Position numbers and translations under genes: made by a program
DNA from: Brevibacterium luteolum
GTDB taxonomy: Bacteria; Actinomycetota; Actinomycetes; Actinomycetales; Brevibacteriaceae
Reading direction: 5' to 3'
Length of the DNA stretch: 64,000 bases
Assembly: GCF_013004595.1 (NCBI RefSeq)
Contig: NZ_JABEMC010000001.1
Coordinates: 434,001-498,000 of the forward strand
In this document: positions 1 through 9,941 of the stretch, in pieces
Numbering within the stretch: position 1 is the stretch's first letter
How the letters are laid out: each line of letters opens with the position of its first letter
The notes under the pieces: model-generated
Database searches by the model: none
What the model was told of the DNA's origin: nothing
The model's input: only the letters and a program-made list of their open reading frames with translations

Positions 1-709
1 TCTTCATGAGGTAGTCGTTGTCCAGCATCGCCCGGGCGATGATGAGCTGATCGCGCACTGTCGTCACCTGGCCGTCGGCGTCCAGGCCCGAGGTGTTCTT
101 CGGCACCGTGCCGGTCAGCCCGAGCTCCTCGGCCTTGGCCTCCATGAGCTCAACGGCCCTGTCCTGCCCGCCGGCGGCATTACCCAGGGCGTGGGCGGCA
201 TCGTTGGCACTCGACATGAGCATCGCGTGGAAGAGCTGGTCGATGGTGTACTCGTTCTTCTGCACGAGACCCACCTTGGTGCCGTCGACGGCCATATCGT
301 CGAAGACCGCCTCGTACTTCTGCTTCGGGTCATCGAGCACATCGACGAGAGCCAGAGCGGTCAGCAGCTTGATGACCGAGGCCGGAGCGAGCTGCCGGTC
401 CATCTCCTGGGACGTGAACACGTCACCGGAGTCGAGATCGCCGACCACCCATGCGGACGCTTTCGGCTGCGGGGCCGGGGCGCCGTCTTCGATGAGGGCG
501 CGTTCGTACATCGTCTCTGTCGGAGATGCCTCTGCCTCGGCAACGACGTCAGCTGCCGCACCAGGGGAGGCTAATGCAGCAGGGGAGGCCAGAGCAGCGG
601 CCGGTGTGAGCGCGCTGCCGGCCACGACGGCTGCAGCAGCAACGCCGGCGCCGAGGCAGGCGCGCAGGCGAGCACGCCGCGTCTGTGTGGAACGAATCGA
701 GTGGTTCAC
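1..709 (-). CDS. D-alanyl-D-alanine carboxypeptidase (peptidase S11), 3' end outside window
   Basis: Manual translation from GTG 709: Ala-rich signal region, SxxK (PASVIKLL), SxN (MSSANDAA), NTSGLD. Confidence 0.85.
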   Translation of the reverse strand, partial: MNHSIRSTQTRRARLRACLGAGVAAAAVVAGSALTPAAALASPAALASPGAAADVVAEAEASPTETMYERALIEDGAPAPQPKASAWVVGDLDSGDVFTSQEMDRQLAPASVIKLLTALALVDVLDDPKQKYEAVFDDMAVDGTKVGLVQKNEYTIDQLFHAMLMSSANDAAHALGNAAGGQDRAVELMEAKAEELGLTGTVPKNTSGLDADGQVTTVRDQLIIARAMLDNDYLMK

Positions 710-800
710 AGGTCGCAAGTCTAACCATGCCAGCTGAGACCACCGGCACCTTATCGCCCACCGCCTCGGGAACGGGGGGGCAGAACCAGGGTGAATGCAC

Positions 801-838
801 TCAGGCCCCGTGCCGCCAAGATGCGGGACGGGGCCTGA
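801..838 (-). terminator. Hairpin downstream of sdhB
   Basis: TCAGGCCCCGT (801-811) / ACGGGGCCTGA (828-838) inverted repeat just after sdhB stop. Confidence 0.6.
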
Positions 839-851
839 TGCGCGTGGTGGG

Positions 852-1643
852 TCAGAAGGCGCGCTGGAGCAGCGCCTGCTTGACCTCGGCGATCGCCTTG
901 GTCACCTCGATGCCGCGCGGGCAGGCTTCGGTGCAGTTGAAGGTGGTGCGGCAGCGCCACACGCCCTCCTTGTCATTGAGCACCTCCAGGCGCATGTCGC
1001 CGCCCTCATCGCGGGAGTCGAAGATGAAGCGGTGGGCGTTGACGATCGAGGCCGGACCGAAGTACTGACCGTCGGTCCAGAACACCGGGCACGAGGTGGT
1101 GCACGATGCACACAGGATGCACTTGGTGGTGTCGTCGAAGCGCTCACGATCCTCGATCGACTGCAGGCGCTCACGCGTCGGCTCGTGACCGGAGGTGATG
1201 AGGAAGGGCATGATCTCACGGTACGACTGGAAGAACGGCTCCATGTCAACGATGAGGTCCTTCTCCAGCGGCAGGCCCTTGATCGCCTCGACGGTGATCG
1301 TCTTGTTCGTATCGAGGTCCTTCAGCAGGGTCTTGCAGGCCAGACGGTTGCGGCCGTTGATCCGCATCGCATCCGAACCGCACACGCCGTGTGCGCACGA
1401 GCGGCGGAACGACAGCGAACCGTCGATCTCCCACTTGATCTTGTGCAGGGCGTCGAGCACACGGTCGGTGCCGTGCATTGTGACCTTGTACTCCTCCCAG
1501 TGCGGGGCCTCGTCCTTCTCGGGGTCGAAGCGTGCGATCTGGAAGGTGCAGTCGAACGACGGGATCTCGCCGCCGCCACCGCCGAGGTGGTCGGGGAGAT
1601 CGACCTTGGATGCAGGCTCTGCAGTGTTCTGATTCTCGCTCAT
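852..1643 (-). CDS. sdhB: Succinate dehydrogenase iron-sulfur subunit
   Basis: SFRRSCAHGVCGSD, KCILCASCTTSCP, CRTTFNCTEACP Fe-S motifs. Confidence 0.97.
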   Translation of the reverse strand: MSENQNTAEPASKVDLPDHLGGGGGEIPSFDCTFQIARFDPEKDEAPHWEEYKVTMHGTDRVLDALHKIKWEIDGSLSFRRSCAHGVCGSDAMRINGRNRLACKTLLKDLDTNKTITVEAIKGLPLEKDLIVDMEPFFQSYREIMPFLITSGHEPTRERLQSIEDRERFDDTTKCILCASCTTSCPVFWTDGQYFGPASIVNAHRFIFDSRDEGGDMRLEVLNDKEGVWRCRTTFNCTEACPRGIEVTKAIAEVKQALLQRAF

Positions 1644-3403
1644 CAGTACTTACGCTCCATCGGCTGGTATCGGGTGACGACGACCGGCTTGGTCTCCAGG
1701 CGCATGCCCTTGATGCCCTCGGCCTCGCCGTCCGGGTCGAGGTAGGTCATCGTGTGGTGCATGAAGTTCTCGTCGTCACGGTCGGGGAAGTCCTCGCGGA
1801 AGTGACCGCCGCGGGATTCCTTGCGGTGGATGGCTGCCACCGTGACGACCTCGGCGATCTCGAGCAGGAAGCCCAGCTCGATCGCTTCGAGGAGGTCGAG
1901 GTTGAAGCGCTTGCCGCGGTCGTGGATGCCGACGTTGCGGTAGCGCTCGCGCAGCCGCTCGATCTCGTCGAGTGCCTCGCGCAGGGTCTCATCGGTGCGG
2001 AACACCTGGACGTTGGCGTCCATGATCTCCTGCAGATCCTTGCGGATCGAACCGACGAGCTCGGTGCCGTTCGATGCGCGCATCGTGTCGACGAGCTCGA
2101 CGGTGCGGTCTGCGGCACCCTCCGGCAGCTCCGGCAGCTCGGCGGTCTTGGCGTATTCCGCGGCGGCGATGCCGGCGCGCTTGCCGAAGACGTTGATGTC
2201 GAGCAGCGAGTTGGTGCCCAGGCGGTTCGAGCCGTGCACGGAGACACAGGCGGTCTCACCGGCGGCGTAGAGGCCGGGGACGATGTCGGTGTTGTTGGCC
2301 AGCACCTCGGACTTGACGTTGGTCGGGATGCCGCCCATCGCGTAGTGCGCGGTCGGGAACACCGGCACCGGCTCAGTGTAGGGCTCCACGCCGAGGTAGG
2401 TGCGGGCGAACTCGGTGATGTCCGGCAGCTTCGCGTCGATGTGCGCCGGCTCCAGGTGGGTGAGGTCGAGCAGCACGTAGTCCTTGTTCGGTCCGCAGCC
2501 GCGGCCCTCACGCACCTCGTTGGCCATCGACCGGGCGACGATGTCACGCGGTGCGAGGTCCTTGATGGTTGGGGCGTAGCGCTCCATGAAGCGCTCACCG
2601 TCGGCGTTGCGCAGCACCGCTCCCTCGCCGCGGGCAGCCTCGGAGAGCAGGATGCCGAGGCCCGCCAGGCCGGTGGGGTGGAACTGGAAGAACTCCATGT
2701 CCTCCAGCGGGATGCCGTTGTTGTAGGCAACCGCGACACCGTCACCGGTCAGCGTGTGGGCGTTCGAGGTGGTCTTGAAGATCTTGCCGAACCCGCCGGA
2801 GGCGAAGACGACGGCCTTGGCGCGGAAGACGTGGATCTCACCGGTGGCCAGCTCGTAGGACACCACGCCGGCCGGGCGGCGAACGCCGTCGACCTCGGTC
2901 ATGATGAGGTCGAGGACGTAGAACTCGTTGTAGAACTCGACGCCGTGCTTGACGCAGTTCTGGTACAGCGTCTGGAGGATCATGTGGCCGGTGCGGTCTG
3001 CAGCGTAGCAGGCGCGGCGAACGGGCGCCTTGCCGTGATCGCGGGTGTGGCCGCCGAAACGGCGCTGGTCGATCTTGCCCTCCGGGGTGCGGTTGAAGGG
3101 CAGGCCCATCTTCTCCAGATCGAGGACAGCGTCGATGGCCTCCTTGGCCATCACCTCGGCAGCATCCTGATCGACGAGGTAGTCGCCGCCCTTGATGGTG
3201 TCGAAGGTGTGCCACTCCCAGTTGTCCTCCTCGACGTTGGCCAGCGCGGCGCACATGCCGCCCTGTGCCGCGCCGGTGTGGGAGCGGGTCGGGTAGATCT
3301 TGGTCAGCACGGCGGTGCGTGCGCGCTGGCCGGATTCGATGGCAGCGCGCATTCCAGCGCCGCCGGCACCGACGATCACCACGTCGTAGTCATGTACCTG
3401 CAT
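1643..3403 (-). CDS. sdhA: Succinate dehydrogenase flavoprotein subunit
   Basis: VGAGGAG FAD motif, RSHTGAAQGG covalent-FAD His, HYAMGG, HGSNRLG; start set at MQVHDYD. Confidence 0.97.
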   Translation of the reverse strand: MQVHDYDVVIVGAGGAGMRAAIESGQRARTAVLTKIYPTRSHTGAAQGGMCAALANVEEDNWEWHTFDTIKGGDYLVDQDAAEVMAKEAIDAVLDLEKMGLPFNRTPEGKIDQRRFGGHTRDHGKAPVRRACYAADRTGHMILQTLYQNCVKHGVEFYNEFYVLDLIMTEVDGVRRPAGVVSYELATGEIHVFRAKAVVFASGGFGKIFKTTSNAHTLTGDGVAVAYNNGIPLEDMEFFQFHPTGLAGLGILLSEAARGEGAVLRNADGERFMERYAPTIKDLAPRDIVARSMANEVREGRGCGPNKDYVLLDLTHLEPAHIDAKLPDITEFARTYLGVEPYTEPVPVFPTAHYAMGGIPTNVKSEVLANNTDIVPGLYAAGETACVSVHGSNRLGTNSLLDINVFGKRAGIAAAEYAKTAELPELPEGAADRTVELVDTMRASNGTELVGSIRKDLQEIMDANVQVFRTDETLREALDEIERLRERYRNVGIHDRGKRFNLDLLEAIELGFLLEIAEVVTVAAIHRKESRGGHFREDFPDRDDENFMHHTMTYLDPDGEAEGIKGMRLETKPVVVTRYQPMERKY

Positions 3404-3460
3404 AGAAATCCAATTCTCCTTGGCCGGAAAGAGCCGTTGGGGCGAGTGAGAGAGGCGCAA

Positions 3461-3907
3461 TCACCGTGAGCAGAAGTCAGGGATGAGCGACGGATCGGCT
3501 CCGACCGGGCACGGATCGAACGTGAAGATCACGAGCGTGCCGAGCACGATAATGACCGCCGAGGCGATGTAGAGCGTCAGCAGCAGCGCCATGCGGGTGC
3601 GCGGCTTCTCTGCGTAGTCGCTGATGATCGTGCGCATGCCGTTGGTGCCGTGCAGCATGGCCAGCCACAGCATGAGCAGATCCCAGATCTGCCAGAACGG
3701 GCTTGCCCACTTGCCGGCGACGAAGCCGAAGTCGAGGCCCTGGACGCCCTCGCCCTGCCACAGGTTGACGAACAGGTGCCCAAAGATGAGCACGATGAGC
3801 ACGACGCCGGAGAGGCGCATGAACAGCCAGGCCCAGAGTTCGAAGCGCGAGCGCGTGGACTTGTGCCGGTCATAGCCGGTGCGCGGTGCGGGAATGGTCG
3901 ACGTCAT
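3461..3907 (-). CDS. sdhD: Succinate dehydrogenase hydrophobic membrane anchor
   Basis: WLFMRLSG, HGTNGMRTIISDY, three hydrophobic segments; operon position. Confidence 0.93.
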   Translation of the reverse strand: MTSTIPAPRTGYDRHKSTRSRFELWAWLFMRLSGVVLIVLIFGHLFVNLWQGEGVQGLDFGFVAGKWASPFWQIWDLLMLWLAMLHGTNGMRTIISDYAEKPRTRMALLLTLYIASAVIIVLGTLVIFTFDPCPVGADPSLIPDFCSR

Positions 3908-3912
3908 GTTCC

Positions 3913-4290
3913 TCAGCCTCCGAACGTGTGCATCAGGTGTCGGGGCAGGAACGCGGCCATCATGATGACCCAGCCGATGATGACTGCCCAGAACAGCTTC
4001 TTCTGGTTCTTCGGGCCGCCGGACCAGAAGTCGACAGCGGCGATGCGCAGGCCGTTGAAAGCGTGGAACACAATGGCTGCGACCAAGCCGATTTCGCCGA
4101 TGGCCATCAGAGGGGTCTTGTACGTCGCGATGACGGCGTCATACGCCTCAGGCGAGACACGGACAAGAGCTGTGTCGAGCACGTGTACGAGCAGGAAGAA
4201 GAAGATGCCGACGCCGGTCACGCGATGCGCAACCCAAGACCACATTCCTTCATTTCCGCGGTACAGAGTGCCCGTTGACGCATTGGCCAC
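3913..4290 (-). CDS. sdhC: Succinate dehydrogenase cytochrome b556 subunit
   Basis: GTLYRG..GMWSWVAHRVTG, HAFNGLR; GTG 4290 with GGAGG RBS (3' part of ORF 3913..5337). Confidence 0.93.
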   Translation of the reverse strand: MANASTGTLYRGNEGMWSWVAHRVTGVGIFFFLLVHVLDTALVRVSPEAYDAVIATYKTPLMAIGEIGLVAAIVFHAFNGLRIAAVDFWSGGPKNQKKLFWAVIIGWVIMMAAFLPRHLMHTFGG

Positions 4291-4635
4291 GGGGCATCCT
4301 CCAAGTGAAATGCGAACAGATGTGTACCACTCGAAATTACGCCGAACTGGGGAGAATCGCCAATCTGCCCGGCGGCATTGTTGCCGATTCGATGTGAATC
4401 CCCTCAAAGAGGCGTCCATAGAACGGACGCGAGATCTCGCGTGAGATTTAGGACATGCCAGTGTGCCGTAAACATGATGGGTCTGTGTCCGCATCGGCTG
4501 AGGCGCCGGTGAGCGTCTGTGCATGTGCTGAGCAGGAGAGGCGGTATCGTGGCCGGCAGGTGCGGGGTGCGCCGAAGATGCCTCCGGCGCCGCAGTCAAG
4601 CCAGAGTTGCAGTCTGAGACGGAGGATGAGACGCG

Positions 4636-5751
4636 ATGAATCCGCACTTCCACGCAGTGATCCCGGCCGGCGGCTCCGGCACCCGGCTGTGGCCGGTCTC
4701 CCGGGAGGCCTCCCCGAAGTTCCTCCATGATGTCCTCGGCCTCGGCCGCACCCTGCTCCAGTCGACCTGGGATCGCGTCCTCCCACTCGTCGACGCCGAC
4801 CGCACCTGGGTCGTCACCGGCACCAGCCACGCCGCAGCCGTCGCCGGCCAGCTGCCCGAGCTGCGGGCCGACCGGATCATCACCGAACCCTCGCCCAAGG
4901 ACTCCGCTGCCGCCATCGGCCTGGCCGCGATGCTCATCCACGACACCGACCCGCAGGCGATCATCGGCTCCTTCTCCGCCGACCACTCGATCACCAATGT
5001 CGCCGAGTTCCATGACGTCATCGGCCAGGCAGTCACCGCCGCCGAGCAGACCGGTGACATCGTCACCATCGGCATCACCCCCACCTACCCGGCCACCGCC
5101 TACGGTTACATCAAAACCGGCTCCCACCTCGGGATCCCCGGCGCCTATGCCGCCCGCCGTGCCGCCGCCTTCGTCGAAAAACCCGCCGCCTCGGTCGCCC
5201 GAACCTACGTCTACTCCGGCTCCTACCGCTGGAACGCTGGCATGTTCATCGCCACCACCGAGGCGATGCTCGCCGTGTTGGCCGAACAGGCCCCTGAGCT
5301 CTACGCCGCGCTGCGCTCGGTCGCCGACATCTGGCACGACGAGTCCGCCCGCGAGCAGAAGCTTGCCGAGGTGTGGCCGGGACTGGAGAAGCGTGCGATC
5401 GACTACGTCGTGGCCGAACCGGCCGCCGAGGCCGGCCGGGTCATCGTCGTGCCCGGTGACTTCGGCTGGGATGACGTCGGCGACTTCGACTCGGTGGCCA
5501 AGCTGCGCCAGCCGGTGCCCGGCGAATCCTCAGCCGTCTACGCGATCGGCGAGGAATGCCAGATCGTCGACGTCGACACCTCGGGCGTGGTCTTCTCCAG
5601 CACCGACCGGCTCGTCGCCCTCGTCGGGCTCGACGATGTCGTCGTCGTCGACACCGACGATGTGCTGCTCGTCGCCTCCCGCTCCCACGCCCAGGACGTC
5701 AAGGCCGCCGTCAGCCGGGTCGCCGAGATGGGCCGGGACGACCTGCTCTGA
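4636..5751 (+). CDS. manC: Mannose-1-phosphate guanylyltransferase
   Basis: IPAGGSGTRLWPVSR..PKF, FVEKP, WNAGMF, GWDDVG. Confidence 0.9.
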   Translation: MNPHFHAVIPAGGSGTRLWPVSREASPKFLHDVLGLGRTLLQSTWDRVLPLVDADRTWVVTGTSHAAAVAGQLPELRADRIITEPSPKDSAAAIGLAAMLIHDTDPQAIIGSFSADHSITNVAEFHDVIGQAVTAAEQTGDIVTIGITPTYPATAYGYIKTGSHLGIPGAYAARRAAAFVEKPAASVARTYVYSGSYRWNAGMFIATTEAMLAVLAEQAPELYAALRSVADIWHDESAREQKLAEVWPGLEKRAIDYVVAEPAAEAGRVIVVPGDFGWDDVGDFDSVAKLRQPVPGESSAVYAIGEECQIVDVDTSGVVFSSTDRLVALVGLDDVVVVDTDDVLLVASRSHAQDVKAAVSRVAEMGRDDLL

Positions 5752-5863
5752 CCCCGCGCCCGAGGCGGGACCGCCACCCGGCACCGGCTCGCCTGAGCGG
5801 ATTGTGAAGTTTTGGGACGCCCGCCCAGGATCGTCGCAGGTCGGCTGACTAGAATCGGACGCT

Positions 5864-7039
5864 GTGATCCAAAGCCACCTTGCGCCCTTCTACGATGAGC
5901 TGCTCGAGTTCCGGCGTGACATCCACGCCCACCCCGAGCTGTCCTACGAGGAGTTCCGGACGACGGAGAAGATCCTCGGGTTCCTGCGCAACGCCGACCT
6001 CGACCCGCAGGCCCTCGAGGGCACCGGCGTCGTCTGCGAAGTCGGCGAGGGCCCGCTGGTCGCCGCTCTGCGCGCCGACATCGACGCTCTGCCGCTCGAC
6101 GACCTGACCGGCACCCCGTTCGCCTCGACGGTGCCCGGCGTCGCCCATGCCTGCGGCCACGACATCCATCTCAGCTCCCTGGCCGGAGCCGGCCGGGTGC
6201 TGAGTTCCATCCACAAGGAGCTGCCCGGCGGACTCGGCGGGCGGATCCGGATGATCTTCCAGCCAGCCGAGGAGGTCACCCCCGGCGGTGCGCTCAAGGT
6301 CATCAGCCAGGGTGTGCTTGCCGATGTGCCGCGCGTCTTCGCCATCCACTGCGACCCCAACGTCGACGTCGGCAAGGTCGGCTCGCGCATCGGCCCGATC
6401 ACCGCGGCCGGTGACACCGTCATCATCCGGCTCTCCGGCCACGGCGGCCACACCTCGCGCCCGCACCTGACCGAGGACCTCGTCTACGCCCTCGGCAAGC
6501 TCACCACTGACCTGCCGGCCACGCTCTCACGCCTCATCGACCCCCGCCATGCGATCTCGCTCGTGTGGGGCGAGATCCGCGCCGGCCACGCGCCCAATGT
6601 CGTGCCGTCCGACGGGTTCCTGCAGGGCACCCTGCGCTGCCTCGACGTCGACGGCTGGAACCAGGTCGCCGAGGTGCTGCCCGACCTCGTCGAACGCGTC
6701 ACCGGGCCCTACGGCGTCACCGTCGACCTGGAGCACCGCCGCGGCGTCCCACCGGTGGTCAACACCGAAGAGGACGTCTCCCTGCTCGAGGCCGCCGTGC
6801 GCGATGAGCTCGGCCCGGGCAGCGTGCAGCTGACCCCGCAGTCGATGGGCGGGGAGGACTTCGCCTGGTACCTGACGAACTGTCCGGGCGCGCTCGTGCG
6901 CGTGGGCACCCGCACGCCGGGCGGGATTACGTACGATATCCACCAAGGCGACTACCTCGTCGATGAACGCGCACTGGAGATGAGCGTCCGCGTCTACACC
7001 GCGATGGCGCTTCGAGCCCTGGGAGTCCCGTGGTCTTGA
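5864..7039 (+). CDS. M20 family amidohydrolase
   Basis: HAHPELS, LRADIDALP, HACGHD, FQPAEE, SMGGEDF. Confidence 0.9.
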   Translation: MIQSHLAPFYDELLEFRRDIHAHPELSYEEFRTTEKILGFLRNADLDPQALEGTGVVCEVGEGPLVAALRADIDALPLDDLTGTPFASTVPGVAHACGHDIHLSSLAGAGRVLSSIHKELPGGLGGRIRMIFQPAEEVTPGGALKVISQGVLADVPRVFAIHCDPNVDVGKVGSRIGPITAAGDTVIIRLSGHGGHTSRPHLTEDLVYALGKLTTDLPATLSRLIDPRHAISLVWGEIRAGHAPNVVPSDGFLQGTLRCLDVDGWNQVAEVLPDLVERVTGPYGVTVDLEHRRGVPPVVNTEEDVSLLEAAVRDELGPGSVQLTPQSMGGEDFAWYLTNCPGALVRVGTRTPGGITYDIHQGDYLVDERALEMSVRVYTAMALRALGVPWS

Positions 7040-8226
7040 AACCTGCCGCAGCCCTCACCACGGCCCTCATCGTGCCCGGACTGGTGCTGCTGACAGGGTG
7101 CGGCTCCGAGGAGCCGACCGAGCCGCTGCTCACCAGCGGCTGCATGGTTTCCTCACCGGCCGGCTTCGACGACCGCTCGATCGGCCAGCTGAGCTTCGGC
7201 GAGGTGTCCAACGCCCAGCGCTCCGACTTCCTCGGCTCGACCTCCACCCAGCGCGTCGACTCCCTCGATGACACCCGCCGCGCGCTGGAGAACTACGCCG
7301 AGCGTGGCTGCACGCTCACCGCGCTGCTCGGCCCCGGTGGGGCGCAGATGCTCGCCGAGGTCGCCGCCGGCCACCCCGAACAGGCGTGGATGGCCGTGGC
7401 CACCGCCGGTGCCGGAGCCGGCGGTCAGGACTTCCCGGACAACGTCATCACCGTCGACTTCGACCTGCTCGAACCGGCCTTCATCGCCGGTTACATCGCC
7501 GCCGCCAGCTCCAAGACCGGCATCGTCTCGGCCTACTCCTCCTACGGATTCGAGAACAACCGCGGACTGCTCACCGCCTTCGACGCCGGCGTCGACCTGT
7601 TCAACGAGGACACCGATGCGGCAGACGACGAGCGCGTGCGCAGCCACCGCGCCGGCCAGATCGAGGGCCGCACCGTCTCCGACACCACCGCCGCCGGCTT
7701 CGACATCACCGCCGAAGCGATCGAGGCCGACGCTGATGTCATCGTGCCCTTCGCCTCGGGTGCGGCCAGCGGTTCGCTCACCTGGTTCCAGGAGCACTAC
7801 TTCCCGCCGGTCGAAGAGACCGCCGGGCCCGAGGCGGAGGACGCCCCTGCAGACGAGCCCACCGAGGCGCCCGCAGACGAACCCAAGCGCACCCTCGTGT
7901 GGTACGGCGCCGACGGCTCGGAGACCCTCGGGCGGGTCGGCCGCTACGTCATCGCCTCGATCGTGCCCAACATCGCCGCCGGCTTCCAGACCACCATCGA
8001 AGGCTGGCCGCAGACCGGCTTCGCCGGCGAACTCGAACCGGCCGGGCAGAAGCCGGAGCCGATCGGTGACCTGCTCGTGCGCTCCCACAGCTACCGCGGC
8101 ACGATCGAAAACGGTGGCATTACGATGGTCGCCTCCGATGTGCCGCTGTCCGGAGTCGCCGGGGTCGGCCGCGAGGTCGCCGATGTGCAGGAGCGGATCC
8201 GCTCCGGGGAGATCGAACTGCCCTGA
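7030..8226 (+). CDS. BMP-family (nucleoside-binding type) lipoprotein, divergent
   Basis: Lipobox LTGC; CMVS..GFDDRS, AFIAGYIAAASSKTG, ADVIVPFA, YGADG; next to adenosine deaminase. Confidence 0.7.
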   Translation: MVLKPAAALTTALIVPGLVLLTGCGSEEPTEPLLTSGCMVSSPAGFDDRSIGQLSFGEVSNAQRSDFLGSTSTQRVDSLDDTRRALENYAERGCTLTALLGPGGAQMLAEVAAGHPEQAWMAVATAGAGAGGQDFPDNVITVDFDLLEPAFIAGYIAAASSKTGIVSAYSSYGFENNRGLLTAFDAGVDLFNEDTDAADDERVRSHRAGQIEGRTVSDTTAAGFDITAEAIEADADVIVPFASGAASGSLTWFQEHYFPPVEETAGPEAEDAPADEPTEAPADEPKRTLVWYGADGSETLGRVGRYVIASIVPNIAAGFQTTIEGWPQTGFAGELEPAGQKPEPIGDLLVRSHSYRGTIENGGITMVASDVPLSGVAGVGREVADVQERIRSGEIELP

Positions 8227-8249
8227 CCCCATGCCGTAAGCTGAGGGAC

Positions 8250-9362
8250 GTGGATTCCAAACTCTTTGAGACTCCCTTAGGAGTCGACCCCGATGACCCG
8301 ATCCTCGAACTGCCGAAGGTGTCGCTGCACGACCACCTCGACGGCGGCCTGCGCCCCCAGACGATCATCGATCTTGCCGCCGAGGTCGGCCATGAGCTGC
8401 CGGCCACCGATGCCGAGGCGCTGCGCCGCTGGTTCTCCGAGTCCGCGAACTCCGGTGACCTGCCGCGCTACCTGGAGACCTTCGACCACACCATCGCCGT
8501 CATGCAGACCGCCGAGGGCCTGACCCGGGTGGCCCGGGAGTGGGCGCTCGACCAGGTCGCCGACGGTGTCTTCTACGCCGAGGCCCGCTGGGCGCCCGAA
8601 CAGCACGTCCAGCAGGGACTGTCGATGGACGAGGCCGTCGAAGCAGTCCAGCGCGGACTCGACGAAGCCGATGCGATCGCTGCTGACAACGGCCGCTTCA
8701 TCCGCACCGGCCAGATCATCACCGCTATGCGGCACGCCGACAACAGCCTCGCTGTGGCCGAGCTCGCTCTGCGCCACCGCGACCGCGGCGTCGTCGGCTT
8801 CGACATCGCAGGTGCCGAGGACGGCTTCCCGCCGGCTGACCACCTCGCCGCCTTCGAGCTTTTGCACCGCGAGTGCTTCCCGGTCACCATCCACGCAGGC
8901 GAAGCCGCCGGGGTGGAGAGCATCCACGCCGCCGTGCAGATCTGCCACGCCCAGCGCATCGGCCACGGCGTGCGCCTCATCGACGATATGCAGTTCACCG
9001 GGGACAACGGCAGCGGCAGCCTCGGCCGGCTCGCCGCCTGGATCCTCGACCATCAGGTGCCCCTGGAGCTGTGCCCGTCGTCGAACCTGCAGACCGGGGC
9101 GGCGACCTCGATCGAGGATCACCCGATCACCCGGTTCAAGGAGCTCGGCTACGCCATCACCGTCAACCCGGACAATCGGCTGATGTCGGCGACCTCGATG
9201 ACCCGTGAGATGCGCCTGCTCGTCGACCGCGCCGGTTGGCAGCAGCCGGACCTCGAATGGGCGACCGTCAACGCCCTGGGCGCGGCGTTCCTGCCCCACG
9301 ATGCGCGCAACCGGTTCCTCGATGACCTCGTGATCCCGGGCTTCGAGCGTCTGGACCTGTGA
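8250..9362 (+). CDS. add: Adenosine deaminase
   Basis: SLHDHLDGG, TIHAGE, RIGHG, LELCPSSN, NPDN. Confidence 0.93.
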   Translation: MDSKLFETPLGVDPDDPILELPKVSLHDHLDGGLRPQTIIDLAAEVGHELPATDAEALRRWFSESANSGDLPRYLETFDHTIAVMQTAEGLTRVAREWALDQVADGVFYAEARWAPEQHVQQGLSMDEAVEAVQRGLDEADAIAADNGRFIRTGQIITAMRHADNSLAVAELALRHRDRGVVGFDIAGAEDGFPPADHLAAFELLHRECFPVTIHAGEAAGVESIHAAVQICHAQRIGHGVRLIDDMQFTGDNGSGSLGRLAAWILDHQVPLELCPSSNLQTGAATSIEDHPITRFKELGYAITVNPDNRLMSATSMTREMRLLVDRAGWQQPDLEWATVNALGAAFLPHDARNRFLDDLVIPGFERLDL

Positions 9363-9366
9363 TTCC

Positions 9367-9921
9367 ATGAGCGGCAAGCGACGCAAGCGCAGCGCCGGGG
9401 GAGACGACTCCGTTCACATCCACCCGTCCGACACCGCGCCGGCCCCGTCTACCGACGAGACCGCAGGCGCAGCCGGCAGCCCGCTGACCCCGGGCACCCC
9501 GATGGCGACTCGCCCGTGGACGCTGTGGCTGGCCATCGCGATGGTCGTGCTCGAAGCGGTCGTGCTCGTCGTGGCTGCGGTGTTCTTCGTGCGCACCGGC
9601 GGTGCCGCCGGGGCCGAGCTGCGCAGCTCCCTGTTCGGGCTGGCCGTCATGTTCATCATCATGGCCACCGGCCTCGTGCTCGTCGCCCGCGGGCTGCACC
9701 GGATGCGCCGCTGGGCGCGCCCGGCCACCGTGGCCTGGCAGCTGCTCCAGGCGCTGTTCGGGCTCTCGATGTGGGGTGCTGGCATGGCTCTGCAGGTCGG
9801 GGCGATCCTGCCGGCAGTGCTGTGCCTCTTCGGGCTCTTCAGCCCCGCCAGCGTGCGCGCCTACGAACAGGCGCTCGGCGCCGGCGGCAGCGAACAGCAC
9901 TTCGACCAGCAAGACGACTGA
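9367..9921 (+). CDS. Hypothetical membrane protein (about 4 TM)
   Basis: Hydrophobic segments, RRWAR.ATV..QLLQ; follows add in the same direction. Confidence 0.7.
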   Translation: MSGKRRKRSAGGDDSVHIHPSDTAPAPSTDETAGAAGSPLTPGTPMATRPWTLWLAIAMVVLEAVVLVVAAVFFVRTGGAAGAELRSSLFGLAVMFIIMATGLVLVARGLHRMRRWARPATVAWQLLQALFGLSMWGAGMALQVGAILPAVLCLFGLFSPASVRAYEQALGAGGSEQHFDQQDD

Positions 9922-9941
9922 CGAGCCCGGGCCGGCTGGGA

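Noticed and set aside
4384..4401. Second TamR-like site in the sdh promoter (GATTCGATGTGAATC)
   Set aside because: Shares only the central GATGT core; too weak to call
4291..5337. Long N-terminal extension of sdhC in the ORF track
   Set aside because: Antisense to manC; the true start is GTG 4290 with an RBS
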